Assembly (NCBI GenBank): GCA_018060845.1 | Contig: JAGOVG010000001.1 | Span: 86,070 to 150,069, forward strand | DNA length: 64,000 nucleotides | From: Candidatus Woesebacteria bacterium | GTDB lineage: Bacteria > Patescibacteriota > Microgenomatia > UBA1400 > UBA12108 | Direction of reading: 5' to 3' | In this document: positions 18,309 through 27,801 of the stretch, piece by piece | Position numbering within the stretch: position 1 is the stretch's first letter | Layout of the letters: each line of letters starts with the position of its first letter | Made by a program: the position numbers and the translations under genes | Notes under the pieces: generated by a model | Databases searched by the model: none | What the model saw: the letters and a program-made list of their open reading frames with translations, nothing else | Told to the model about the DNA's origin: nothing

Positions 18309-19136
18309 TTATAACCTTAATAATCGAACCTTTGGAGCAGGATTGCGGGGGTGAAAAAAGGCAGCGTCACGGGTAATATATTCGCGAGTGATCCTGGGCT
18401 TCATATAGAGGTATTGGAGTGAGTAGGCGAGTCGTTCGTATATTGGATATCGTGTGCCAGATACTTTATGGGTTTTAGTTATAGGTAGGGGGTAGTTGGG
18501 TAGATAAGTCTTGATCCAAGAGTTAGACGATAGTAGTTCTGCGTGAGTATTGTTTGGGTCATAGAGCGGAGTCATCTGCAATAGCTCGTAGGCTGTATAG
18601 AGTGAGCGGCGAGAGGCGGGCATTAAGTAAGAATCGGGGGTTAGATAGAGGTTGAGACAGAGTTTGCCCATAATATTAGTGGTCTTTGGGGTGCGACGCA
18701 GGCCTAGGAGGGAGGTGTACATAGTCAATAGTAGACGTGTCGTCCAGAGCAGCCCTGGCCTCGCAATAACTAGTAGATCGATGTCGTCGTGGCCATCGGT
18801 ATTATTCATGGCGAGACTGCCTGTTAAATATATAGCCATAACAGATGGTATACGTCGTAGGATGGGGACGTAGGACATAGCCAAATCTTTGAGTGGCTTA
18901 GATAGCTTGTCATAAAGCAACCTCTGTTTGACGAGAATACTTTGATTGGGTAAGAAGTAAAATCCCGCTTTGGTTTCGATAGCTTTTGACTTTATTAGAG
19001 CTTTTGCTTCACTCTCTAGTTTGTTCTTGACTACTTTTTGCCCCACTAGCCTCACGTGGAGCTCATCCATAGTTAGAGGATAGTGAAAATGATTAGAGTA
19101 AGAGAGCGTTGTGATAATAGCTTTGGCGAGTGTCAT
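18309..19136 (-). CDS. Pol-beta-superfamily nucleotidyltransferase domain protein
   Basis: GSLAMNNTDGHDDIDLLVI fits the G[GS]-x9-13-DhDh minimal NTase motif. Rest of protein is unrecognised. Confidence 0.4.
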   Translation of the reverse strand: MTLAKAIITTLSYSNHFHYPLTMDELHVRLVGQKVVKNKLESEAKALIKSKAIETKAGFYFLPNQSILVKQRLLYDKLSKPLKDLAMSYVPILRRIPSVMAIYLTGSLAMNNTDGHDDIDLLVIARPGLLWTTRLLLTMYTSLLGLRRTPKTTNIMGKLCLNLYLTPDSYLMPASRRSLYTAYELLQMTPLYDPNNTHAELLSSNSWIKTYLPNYPLPITKTHKVSGTRYPIYERLAYSLQYLYMKPRITREYITRDAAFFHPRNPAPKVRLLRL

Positions 19137-20602
19137 TTGGCGTCTGGGAACTTGGTCATAACCTGGGCAACGCCTGCGTCTAATGTCTTGGTGATTGAGT
19201 CGACGGTGCTCCCATTATTTATTGTGTTGATCCCATCTTCGTAGTATTTGATTAGCTGATCGTTGATCCCCTCGTCATATGTGCGACTGGTCAGATACCA
19301 GGAGACATAGTTGGGTGCCTGAGCCACATAAGGGCCAGCAAGAGGATCGCTACTCAGAAGAGTTGCCATGCTAGTTAAAGGATATGGCTCGCCGATAGTA
19401 TGGACTTGTGCGGCACCTGCATAGATTTTTTGGAGTGATTCTTCACTACTCATAAATTTGATAAATTTCCACGCCTCTTCTGCATTCTTGCTCGTTTTTG
19501 GGACAGCTTCCATCCAGTAACTAGCCCACGCGATCTTAGTGGAGGGCAAAGTAGGAGCTGGTGCGACCCCAAATTTGAGATCGGGATTAATCGCTTTGAT
19601 CTCTGGGATCTGCCAACTAGGTGCTAGGATCATGGCAACTGTGCCGGTTGCAAACGCATAGACGGAGTTAGGCTGCGCGCTATCCCAGGATTTGTCTTGA
19701 GTACTAAAGATCGTATAAAAAGTAATGGCATCCTGAACTGCGCTACTAGTCGGCTTGGATGGATCACCCGAGTTTTGCAAGATTAAGAGTCCAAGAATAT
19801 CGGACCAATGCTCGACATTACCTGTCGTACCCATCGCTGCACCAGCGCGCTCGATCACCTTGGTTTCGAGGTTAATTTTGGTTAGGTCAAAGGCTAGTTT
19901 GCGAAAACTGTTCCAGTCGGCAGGCGGTGTCGCCCCAACTTCTGCGAGCATATCCTCGTTATAGAGGAGAGCTAGGCCATCGATACCGATTGGGAGTGCA
20001 TAAGTCTTGCCAGCGCTGGTTGCGTTCTTTTTGACGACTGGGTAGTAGGCGTCAATCGTGCTTGTCGGGACCACTGCCTCTGGGGCAGGAGTGAGTGAAT
20101 TTTTAAACATTGGGAGCCAAGTGTTGTGGATCCTGGCAATGTCGGGGGCGGTATCACCATTGATTGCAGACTGCAAACGGCTCCTGTAGTTTTTGGGGCT
20201 TTGCATGGAGTATTCGATCTTTACGTTTGGATTTTGGGATTCATAATCGGCTATTACCGCTTGCATAACCGAGCTTGGTTCCCAGAGACCCCAGTAGGTG
20301 AGCGTAATATTCTCGACTTTCTTGCTGAGGCGAGGGAGGATGGTCATCGCGAGGACGACCAGGACTATGATGACGCCGAGCCCGATTAGGATCGGGATCA
20401 TGTTGCGAAAAGGAGACGGTGAAACATATTGGTCTGCAGAAGTCGGAGTTGGTGCAGGTGGGACTGAGGAAGTATTAATAGGTGCTGGATCAGGCGCTTG
20501 GTACACGGGCACCTCAGCCTGCTGAGGCGTGTTGACTACTGGCTTGTTGGGATCAACTGGGGTCGCATCGTAGTTTTTTGTTGGATCAGGGAATTTGGAC
20601 AT
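19133..20602 (-). CDS. ABC transporter substrate-binding protein (family 1, sugar-type), membrane-anchored
   Basis: Pro-rich N-terminus and TM helix. Then LTYWGLWEP...TAPDIARIHNTWLP and a length typical of SBP_bac_1. No permease or ATPase genes are adjacent. Confidence 0.65.
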   Translation of the reverse strand: MSKFPDPTKNYDATPVDPNKPVVNTPQQAEVPVYQAPDPAPINTSSVPPAPTPTSADQYVSPSPFRNMIPILIGLGVIIVLVVLAMTILPRLSKKVENITLTYWGLWEPSSVMQAVIADYESQNPNVKIEYSMQSPKNYRSRLQSAINGDTAPDIARIHNTWLPMFKNSLTPAPEAVVPTSTIDAYYPVVKKNATSAGKTYALPIGIDGLALLYNEDMLAEVGATPPADWNSFRKLAFDLTKINLETKVIERAGAAMGTTGNVEHWSDILGLLILQNSGDPSKPTSSAVQDAITFYTIFSTQDKSWDSAQPNSVYAFATGTVAMILAPSWQIPEIKAINPDLKFGVAPAPTLPSTKIAWASYWMEAVPKTSKNAEEAWKFIKFMSSEESLQKIYAGAAQVHTIGEPYPLTSMATLLSSDPLAGPYVAQAPNYVSWYLTSRTYDEGINDQLIKYYEDGINTINNGSTVDSITKTLDAGVAQVMTKFPDAK

Positions 20603-20665
20603 AAACTTAGTATAAAGTACTTAGTACCGAGTTATTAGATATATGTATTATGATAGCAGAGACAT

Positions 20666-22411
20666 ATGAAAAAAGTGCAGAAGAAGAGCAGTGTTTTAAA
20701 AATGAGTGGTTACTACCTGCTCGGAGTCCTGGCAGGGCTGCTCGGCATGATTGCGATGACCCGGATAATATGGCATAGCAAGTTTTATCCTAACGTAACT
20801 ATAGCTAACCTGGCGGTTGGTGGTATGACCAGAGCGGAGGCAGCGACCACTCTACAGCAAGCGATTGGTGAGAGAAAAATAACCCTTAACTACAACGGCT
20901 ACGCTTGGGAGCTAGATACAAGCTCAGTAGACATTAATATTGACGAGAGTCTCAACCGCGCCTACCGTGTGGGGCGAAGACTAGACCTACGCGACTACGC
21001 GCTCGTGTTTGTGGCGCAGCCGCAAGAGTTTGGAATAGTGCTCGGTACTGGGACTACACCTGAGTATATAAAAATGGTTGAGGAGATAGCTCAGACTGTA
21101 GAGATCCCTTCTATTCAGACAGAGCTGAGTGTAAAAAACGGAGTAGTTAACTTGATTAATGGCCACGATGGACTAGCTGTTGATACTCAAGAACTTTCTA
21201 AGGCCATCGGTGAGCGAGCGACACTATTGTCCCCTGATCCTGTTGCTGTCCCCACTAAAGTTATTTTGACCCAGCTCAGAGACGAGGAGCAGGCAGTACT
21301 CAAAGAGCGAGCGATTACCCTTTTGCCAAAGCAGTTAATCCTAGGATTGGACGATGAGCGCATAAAGCTGTTGGGGGTCGAGCTTATTCAGTTTTTGAGT
21401 CGCGAACCAGGTCAGAACAAACTAGTCGATTCTAATGCGGTATCAGAGTATGTGAGTGGCCTAAAGGAGAGTTTGAATAGAGAGGCGGTCGATGCCAAGT
21501 TTAAGTACGAAGACGGTCGGGTTACTGAGTTTGCACCCGGGCGAGATGGGATAAAAGTTGACCTAGAAAAAACAGCACAAAACATAGAGCTGGCTATGGC
21601 TACGCTAAGCGAGAATGAGGAAAAAGAAACAAAGATAGAGATCGTGGTGGATAGAACATCACCAAAGGTGACGATCGACAAAATAAATGAACTGGGGATA
21701 AAAGAGCGGATTGGTCGAGGTGAGTCATATTATGCTCACTCCATACCCAACCGCGTGTTTAATGTAGGACTAGCTGCGGAGAGAACCAACTCAGTACTAG
21801 TGCCACCTGGTGAAGAGTATAGTTTTAATAAGAGTGTGGGTGAGATATCGGGAGCCACTGGGTATCGGACAGCCTATGTGATATCTGGTGGGCGGACGGT
21901 ACTGGGGGACGGGGGCGGTGTGTGCCAGGTATCTACTACCCTATTCCGCGCAGCGATGAATGCAGGACTACCGATTACAGAGCGGTGGGCGCATGCATAC
22001 CGAGTCGGGTATTACGAGCAGAATAGTAAGCCGGGGGTTGATGCAACCGTATACTCCCCTAGCAAAGATCTAAGATTTAAGAATGACACGCCAGGTCATA
22101 TCCTCGTGCAGACTATTAATGATCCAAAAGAGCTCCACCTGGTTGTTGAGATTTATGGCACGAGTGATGGGAGAGTGGCCACGGTGACCGAGCCAAAAGT
22201 CTCGGGGATGAGTGGACCACTGCCGACTATCTATCAAGACGACCCATCGTTACCTACTGGGACGATGAAACAGGTAGACTGGGCAGCATCGGGCGCAAAA
22301 ACTAGTTTTGAATATAAAGTTGAGAGGAACGGGGATGTCTTGCAAGACAAAGTGTTTAGCTCCAACTACCGCCCATGGGCATCGGTGTTTTTGAGAGGGA
22401 CGGGGCAATAG
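20666..22411 (+). CDS. VanW family protein
   Basis: N-terminal TM helix and C-terminal VanW domain with GGGVCQVSTTLFRAA. Confidence 0.8.
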   Translation: MKKVQKKSSVLKMSGYYLLGVLAGLLGMIAMTRIIWHSKFYPNVTIANLAVGGMTRAEAATTLQQAIGERKITLNYNGYAWELDTSSVDINIDESLNRAYRVGRRLDLRDYALVFVAQPQEFGIVLGTGTTPEYIKMVEEIAQTVEIPSIQTELSVKNGVVNLINGHDGLAVDTQELSKAIGERATLLSPDPVAVPTKVILTQLRDEEQAVLKERAITLLPKQLILGLDDERIKLLGVELIQFLSREPGQNKLVDSNAVSEYVSGLKESLNREAVDAKFKYEDGRVTEFAPGRDGIKVDLEKTAQNIELAMATLSENEEKETKIEIVVDRTSPKVTIDKINELGIKERIGRGESYYAHSIPNRVFNVGLAAERTNSVLVPPGEEYSFNKSVGEISGATGYRTAYVISGGRTVLGDGGGVCQVSTTLFRAAMNAGLPITERWAHAYRVGYYEQNSKPGVDATVYSPSKDLRFKNDTPGHILVQTINDPKELHLVVEIYGTSDGRVATVTEPKVSGMSGPLPTIYQDDPSLPTGTMKQVDWAASGAKTSFEYKVERNGDVLQDKVFSSNYRPWASVFLRGTGQ

Positions 22412-22421
22412 ATTAAATGAT

Positions 22422-22757
22422 TTAACTTTTACCTAATTCTGTTAGCCAATTAATAGTCTCATTCACTGTCAAGTGCATAGTAGCGTCAAACCAAGAGGTG
22501 TCAGGGTGGCCAGTTGCCTTTATAGATGCCACAATTCTTTCGTGCTCAGCTAGGGTTTCTGTGCTCATTTGCCAAACTTTTTGATCATCTGGATTAAAAC
22601 CTAGAGCTAACAATCTGTCGCGTCGTAAATGTAAATAATCTCGTGGAGCGAATTTTTTACTCTTGCGTTTTATTGCTGAGCTATAAGTATCACCAATATA
22701 TTCGTTCCAAGTCGAGTCTGCGTCTGGTAGATTTAGTTTTTCTGTTTTTGCTGACAT
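22422..22757 (-). CDS. Hypothetical protein
   Basis: 111-aa ORF with no recognisable motifs. Compact intergenic spacing. Confidence 0.3.
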   Translation of the reverse strand: MSAKTEKLNLPDADSTWNEYIGDTYSSAIKRKSKKFAPRDYLHLRRDRLLALGFNPDDQKVWQMSTETLAEHERIVASIKATGHPDTSWFDATMHLTVNETINWLTELGKS

Positions 22758-22807
22758 CAGATTATTCTACTATCCTGGTCAAGCCTGGTTTGGTAGAATA
22801 GCTGGAT

Positions 22808-25147
22808 ATGACAATGGCAAAGAACTTTGATCACACGGCAGTAGAATCCCAGATTTATGATGAGTGGGAGAAGTCGGGGGCTTTTCAGCCTCGTGAATCC
22901 GTAAACCCGTCTAACCGTAAATCCGTTAATAAACCTTTTACCATAGTGCTCCCTCCCCCTAATGCCTCTGGCAAGATGCACATGGGGAATGTACTGATGA
23001 TTGCGATAGAGGACTTGATGATCCGCCACCACCGAATGAAGGGTGATCCAACCCTTTGGATCCCAGGAACAGACCATGCTGGGTTTGAGACGCAGATCAC
23101 CTACGAGCGAGAGCTAAAGAAACAAGGAAAGTCACGGTTTGAGTTTGACCGCAGTACTCTATACCAAAACATCTGGGAATTTGTGCAGAATAATAAGAGT
23201 CAGATTGAGGGACAGATCAAACAGATGGGTGCCTCAGTTGATTGGAGTCGCTACACCTTTACACTCGATCCACACGTAATAGAAACGGTTTATACAACAT
23301 TTGCCAAGATGTATAAAGAGGGATTGGTTTACCGTGACAACTATATGGTTAACTACTGCCCCAAATGTGGGACGACTTTTGCTGATCTAGAGATACTGCA
23401 CGAAGAGAGAGTGGGGAAACTTTATTATATTCGTTATGCCGTAAATCCGTTGTCCCGTAAATCCGTAAAGACAGAATATATCCAGGTAGCGACAACGAGA
23501 CCTGAAACGATCATGCTAGATACTCATATTGCGGTGAATCCTAAAGATAAAAAGCGAGCAAGTTGGATCGGAAAAAAGGTGATTAATCCCCTAACGAATA
23601 CCGAGATGGAGATAATCGGCGATGAGTTTGTGGATCCTAAGTTTGGGACAGGGTTTGTTAAGTTAACACCTGCTCATGACAAGAATGATTACGAGGCTGG
23701 CAAGAAACATGGATTGCCATTTATTGTGGGCATTGGGATGGATGGGCGGATGACTTCTGCAGCTGGCCGCTGGGCTGGCAAAACTGTGTTTACTGCAAGA
23801 GAAGAAGTGGTCAAGGAGCTAACTGAAACAGGGGCGATCGAAAAAGTAGATGACAAATATAACCAAAGTGTCACGGTGTGTTACAAGGGTGGCCACGATA
23901 TAGAGCCAATGATGCTGCCCAACTGGTTTGTAAAAGTTGAGTCACTCAAAAAACCTGCGCTTGAAGCAGTGACTAGTGGGAAAGTAAAGATTTATCCCAA
24001 GTGGCGAGAGATAACCTATACCAAGTGGATGGAGGAGATGCATGACTGGCCCATTAGTCGACAAGTGGTTTGGGGGATCAGGATACCAGTGTGGTACGAG
24101 GTCGGAAAATCCGAAAATCAGAAAATCCAGATAACTTTCTTAAATAAGGAGAAAAATGTAGTGAGTGGCACGATAGGTGAACTGCTTGCAACATATAGTT
24201 TTGAAGAAATACGGGACGGTCTGCAGACACTGATTGCACCAGCTGGGTGTGAGATGGTGGTGTCGGCGACTAGTCCAGGTGAGGGATGTCTGCAAGAAAC
24301 AGATACTTTTGACACCTGGTTCTCTTCTGGACACTGGCCACTAGTTACGCTTAAATATCCCGACTCAGACGATTTTGCCAAGTTCTACCCCACCTCAGTA
24401 CTAGAGACTGGATGGGAGATCATCCGGTTCTGGGTGTCACGCATGATTATGTTTGGGATCTACCTGACCGGCAAACCTCCATTTGAGTATGTCTACTTAC
24501 ATGGACTAGTTAGATCGCTCGATGGACGCAAAATGAGCAAGAGCCTGGGCAACGTAATAAACCCCGACGAATACATGGAGAAGTATGGAGTGGATGCTCT
24601 GCGAATGGGGCTAATATCAGGTACTGCAAATGGTAAGGATTTCGCTTTCCCCAAAGATAAAATTATCGCTTACCGCAACTTTGCTAACAAGCTCTGGAAT
24701 ATGGCACGTTTTTACCACATGATGGTAGACCCCACTTCGTCCCGCGAGGGCGGAACTTCGTTAGGGGCAAGGGAAATTAAGTGGTACGAGCCAGGGATGG
24801 AGGGGTTAACAACCAGCGACACTGAGATCATGAGCAAGTTAAACGACACGATAAAAATGACTGATGAGCTACTAGAGAAGTTCCGCTTTGCGGAGGCAGC
24901 TGAGACGATTTACCATTTTATGTGGGATGAGGTGGCGGCAAAGTATCTAGAAGAAGTAAAGAATCGAGAAGATCAGGATATTGCCCTGACTGTCCTTAGA
25001 CATGTACTACTAACAGGCCTCAAACTACTGCATCCATTTATGCCGTTTGTAACAGAGGCGATCTGGAAAGAGATGCCAAGGAAATACAATGACATGTTGA
25101 TAGTTTCGAAGTGGCCCTCCTACACTCAGGCACCGACGAGTAAATGA
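22808..25147 (+). CDS. valS: Valyl-tRNA synthetase (compact form)
   Basis: PPPNASGKMHMGN (HIGH region, ValRS-type PPPNxTG), VATTRPETIM and KMSKSLGN. At 779 aa it lacks a long C-terminal coiled coil. Confidence 0.8.
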   Translation: MTMAKNFDHTAVESQIYDEWEKSGAFQPRESVNPSNRKSVNKPFTIVLPPPNASGKMHMGNVLMIAIEDLMIRHHRMKGDPTLWIPGTDHAGFETQITYERELKKQGKSRFEFDRSTLYQNIWEFVQNNKSQIEGQIKQMGASVDWSRYTFTLDPHVIETVYTTFAKMYKEGLVYRDNYMVNYCPKCGTTFADLEILHEERVGKLYYIRYAVNPLSRKSVKTEYIQVATTRPETIMLDTHIAVNPKDKKRASWIGKKVINPLTNTEMEIIGDEFVDPKFGTGFVKLTPAHDKNDYEAGKKHGLPFIVGIGMDGRMTSAAGRWAGKTVFTAREEVVKELTETGAIEKVDDKYNQSVTVCYKGGHDIEPMMLPNWFVKVESLKKPALEAVTSGKVKIYPKWREITYTKWMEEMHDWPISRQVVWGIRIPVWYEVGKSENQKIQITFLNKEKNVVSGTIGELLATYSFEEIRDGLQTLIAPAGCEMVVSATSPGEGCLQETDTFDTWFSSGHWPLVTLKYPDSDDFAKFYPTSVLETGWEIIRFWVSRMIMFGIYLTGKPPFEYVYLHGLVRSLDGRKMSKSLGNVINPDEYMEKYGVDALRMGLISGTANGKDFAFPKDKIIAYRNFANKLWNMARFYHMMVDPTSSREGGTSLGAREIKWYEPGMEGLTTSDTEIMSKLNDTIKMTDELLEKFRFAEAAETIYHFMWDEVAAKYLEEVKNREDQDIALTVLRHVLLTGLKLLHPFMPFVTEAIWKEMPRKYNDMLIVSKWPSYTQAPTSK
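22897..22928. repeat. CCGTAAA-type heptamer micro-array, in-frame within valS (encodes NPSNRKSVN)
   Basis: ATCCGTAAACCCGTCTAACCGTAAATCCGTTA. Confidence 0.6.
23439..23470. repeat. CCGTAAATCCGT heptamer micro-array, in-frame within valS (encodes NPLSRKSVK)
   Basis: CCGTAAATCCGTTGTCCCGTAAATCCGTAAAG. Confidence 0.6.
24104..24130. repeat. GAAAATC(C/A) tandem heptamer x3 within valS
   Basis: GGAAAATCCGAAAATCAGAAAATCCAG encodes GKSENQKIQ. Confidence 0.5.
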
Positions 25148-26208
25148 CCGGAAACATTTCGCGGATTAAGACGATAGAGGGTTTACGAGGGCTAGCTGCG
25201 CTGTCAGTTACGATACACCACGGACTATTGGTTTTGGCGATTAATGGAGTAGGTAATCTGTGGATGCAGCCCCTATATGCTGGACTAGGTACAGAGAGCT
25301 TGATTGTGCAGACTCTACTTTGGCTAAGCAACGGCAGCTTTTTTGTAATGGTGTTTATGGTGATATCAGGATGGGCGAGCTCAGTTTCTTACTCACCGAG
25401 TAATGGGCTCTACTCTTATTACACCCGTCGGTTGTCCCGACTAATGCCGGTGTACGTGGTTACAACTCTACTACTATATTTAGCAGTCGTTACTAGAATG
25501 GCGCCTGTCACTATACCTAATGCGAGCTTGTGGTGGGGGTGGTGGCTGCAGGGACCGATTAGTATAAGAGAACTGTTTGAACATCTATTATTTCTAAAGC
25601 CTGGACTCGGAGGTGCTACCTGGACAATGAGTGTGTTTGTGGTTGGAGCAATAGTTTATCCACTGCTCTACAGATTAAAAGATAAGTTGAACGGGTGGGT
25701 ATACAGTTTAATATTTCTCGACCTAATACTACTTGCTTGGATTACAAGTAAAGATGAGTACCTGCTCTTTGGGGCATTTATATTGGGCACGATGATAAAT
25801 AAATACTCATCTAAACTCGCGTGGGTCTATAACAAGCTAAGCGGGCACGGGCTATTTGTCATAACTATGTTAGTAATGAGTTTGCGCTATCTAATATTCA
25901 CTAGGTGGGTCTGGATTATTGAAGCCATCTGGGCATTCATCCTAGTTGGGTCGGTGATCTACAACAAGCTCCCAGTGTTTGAAAATAAACCTCTGATATA
26001 TCTTGGCAAGATTTCTTACAGCTATTACTTGTGGCATTTTTTGGTTTTATATGCGATTACGCCATTGTTGGTAGGGAGTATGGGTGGAAGGTCAGCAACA
26101 TTACTACTAAATACTGCGCTTAGCGTGGTGGCTACTGTGCCAGTGGCATACATTAGCTACCGTTTTATTGAGCAAAATCAGTGGATGAGAAGAGTCTCTA
26201 GAGAGTAA
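25144..26208 (+). CDS. Acyltransferase family 3 membrane protein
   Basis: IEGLRGLAALSVTIHH plus about 10 TM helices. The start overlaps the valS stop (ATGA). Confidence 0.8.
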   Translation: MTGNISRIKTIEGLRGLAALSVTIHHGLLVLAINGVGNLWMQPLYAGLGTESLIVQTLLWLSNGSFFVMVFMVISGWASSVSYSPSNGLYSYYTRRLSRLMPVYVVTTLLLYLAVVTRMAPVTIPNASLWWGWWLQGPISIRELFEHLLFLKPGLGGATWTMSVFVVGAIVYPLLYRLKDKLNGWVYSLIFLDLILLAWITSKDEYLLFGAFILGTMINKYSSKLAWVYNKLSGHGLFVITMLVMSLRYLIFTRWVWIIEAIWAFILVGSVIYNKLPVFENKPLIYLGKISYSYYLWHFLVLYAITPLLVGSMGGRSATLLLNTALSVVATVPVAYISYRFIEQNQWMRRVSRE

Positions 26209-27237
26209 TTATCCTATCTTTGGGATTTTGTAATAAGTGGCGCGGCCTGATCCGAGGCGGCGCAAAATCTGATATTTTACGAGACGAGAGAGTCGTGACT
26301 GTGAAGTACGCAATGGCACTGAGAGAATATCACTCACGTCACTACTACTAACTTTGCCAAGCGTTAAGACAAAGTCGATAATTTTGAGATCAGATGAGTC
26401 AAGATTTCGATCCCTTAGAGAGCCAGTACCAGCGAGAAGTGAGTTAACAGACTCTTGTAATTGAAGTGCTTCGACCCAAAAACCTTGGATAAAATAGGTA
26501 AGCCAAGAGGTTAAGTCGTCTCTGCCCTCTTTTAGTGCTTGGTAATACGCAGAGCGATCTAGGTTGTAGTATTCCTCTAGAACTAGCCCGCGACGAAAAT
26601 CCCAACCGGACTGGTAGAGTGAGAGAAGCGTTAGGAGGCGACCAACGCGGCCATTGCCATCAGGAAAAGGGTGAATAGACTCAAACTGGAAATGTAAAAT
26701 ACCAGCTCGGATAACAGGATGAACATTACTGGCAGATTTGTGCCAAGAAAACAAATTTTTGATAAGAGCTTTTACCTGATCTGCAGAGGGCGGGGTGTAA
26801 ACTATTTCGTCTGGTCTGCCGAGGCGAGTGTTAACGATGTAGACTGGACCAGTGCGAAGTACGCCTATTTTGGCAGAGGGCAATAATCCCTGCATTGTTT
26901 GACGATGGAGTGAGAGGAGGTGTGACAAGGTAATACTCGACTTGGTAGCGAGCTGGCTAACTGTTTCGATTGCTTTGAGATAGTTTTCGACTTCAAGTCG
27001 ATCTTGATTTGGCACCAATAGTGGTTGCTTGGCGGCGACTTTTTCGACCTCTTCTTCGGATAGAGAGTTTCCTTCGATACTAGTACTACTATGCGTCATT
27101 CTGATGATCGCCCGTCGACGCAAAATGGTCTCTCGGACGGGGAGCAATTGGGCTTGCGCTATTTTAGCGCGAATTTCGGCGATATCTGACAACCAGGCTA
27201 GAATTTGATCTGTAATCTGGTATTTTGGGTTGAACAT
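26209..27237 (-). CDS. Fic family protein (AMPylase-type)
   Basis: Canonical Fic motif HPFPDGNGRVGR. C-terminal winged-helix-like region. Confidence 0.85.
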   Translation of the reverse strand: MFNPKYQITDQILAWLSDIAEIRAKIAQAQLLPVRETILRRRAIIRMTHSSTSIEGNSLSEEEVEKVAAKQPLLVPNQDRLEVENYLKAIETVSQLATKSSITLSHLLSLHRQTMQGLLPSAKIGVLRTGPVYIVNTRLGRPDEIVYTPPSADQVKALIKNLFSWHKSASNVHPVIRAGILHFQFESIHPFPDGNGRVGRLLTLLSLYQSGWDFRRGLVLEEYYNLDRSAYYQALKEGRDDLTSWLTYFIQGFWVEALQLQESVNSLLAGTGSLRDRNLDSSDLKIIDFVLTLGKVSSSDVSDILSVPLRTSQSRLSRLVKYQILRRLGSGRATYYKIPKIG

Positions 27238-27278
27238 GAGTTGATTATAACATAATCGCGCAACTATCGCGCAATGAT

Positions 27279-27791
27279 CTAGATATTATAGATTGAGGGG
27301 TAAAAAGTCTTAAAGACGTGGTGCCAGGCTTCGCCAAAGTTGGCTGGGTTTGATTGGACTAGTGATTTAATGTCTTCTTTGGTGAACCATTTAAACTCGA
27401 CTGATTCGTGGTTTAGAACTGGGTCTTCGTCTGTATAGATCTCATAAACTACAAAGAAGTGATTTTCGCGACGACCGATAACTTCGCGATTATATATAGT
27501 TGTACCTATGAGCTTGTAATTTGTTGGCGTGATGCCACACTCCTCCTGGCATTCGCGGATTAGTGTCGCATCGTCCGACTCCCCGGCGCTAACATGGCCG
27601 CCAACGGGAGAGACAAACTGTCCTGCATCCTGCTTGTCGCTAGATTGACGGACAAAACAAAACTCGCCACGACTATTAATAAGCTGAGAAATAACTGTTT
27701 TATGAAGCAGTCCTTCTTTGTGAGCTTGCGACTTTGGCACAGTCGCCACAACTACTTCAGTGGGATCAATTATGTCGACTAATTCATCCAT
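27279..27791 (-). CDS. NUDIX hydrolase
   Basis: Nudix box GGHVSAGESDDATLIRECQEECGI. Confidence 0.8.
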   Translation of the reverse strand: MDELVDIIDPTEVVVATVPKSQAHKEGLLHKTVISQLINSRGEFCFVRQSSDKQDAGQFVSPVGGHVSAGESDDATLIRECQEECGITPTNYKLIGTTIYNREVIGRRENHFFVVYEIYTDEDPVLNHESVEFKWFTKEDIKSLVQSNPANFGEAWHHVFKTFYPSIYNI

Positions 27792-27801
27792 AACTTTTAT
27801 T

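Noticed and set aside
18309-19136. CBASS-type cGAS/DncV-like nucleotidyltransferase (defence system)
   Set aside because: Only the generic GS...DhDh core is present. No adjacent effector, HORMA/TRIP13, E1/E2 or phospholipase/TM effector gene.
22757-23077. 106-aa minus-strand ORF overlapping the valS start
   Set aside because: Overlaps the conserved N-terminus and HIGH motif of valS. Spurious.
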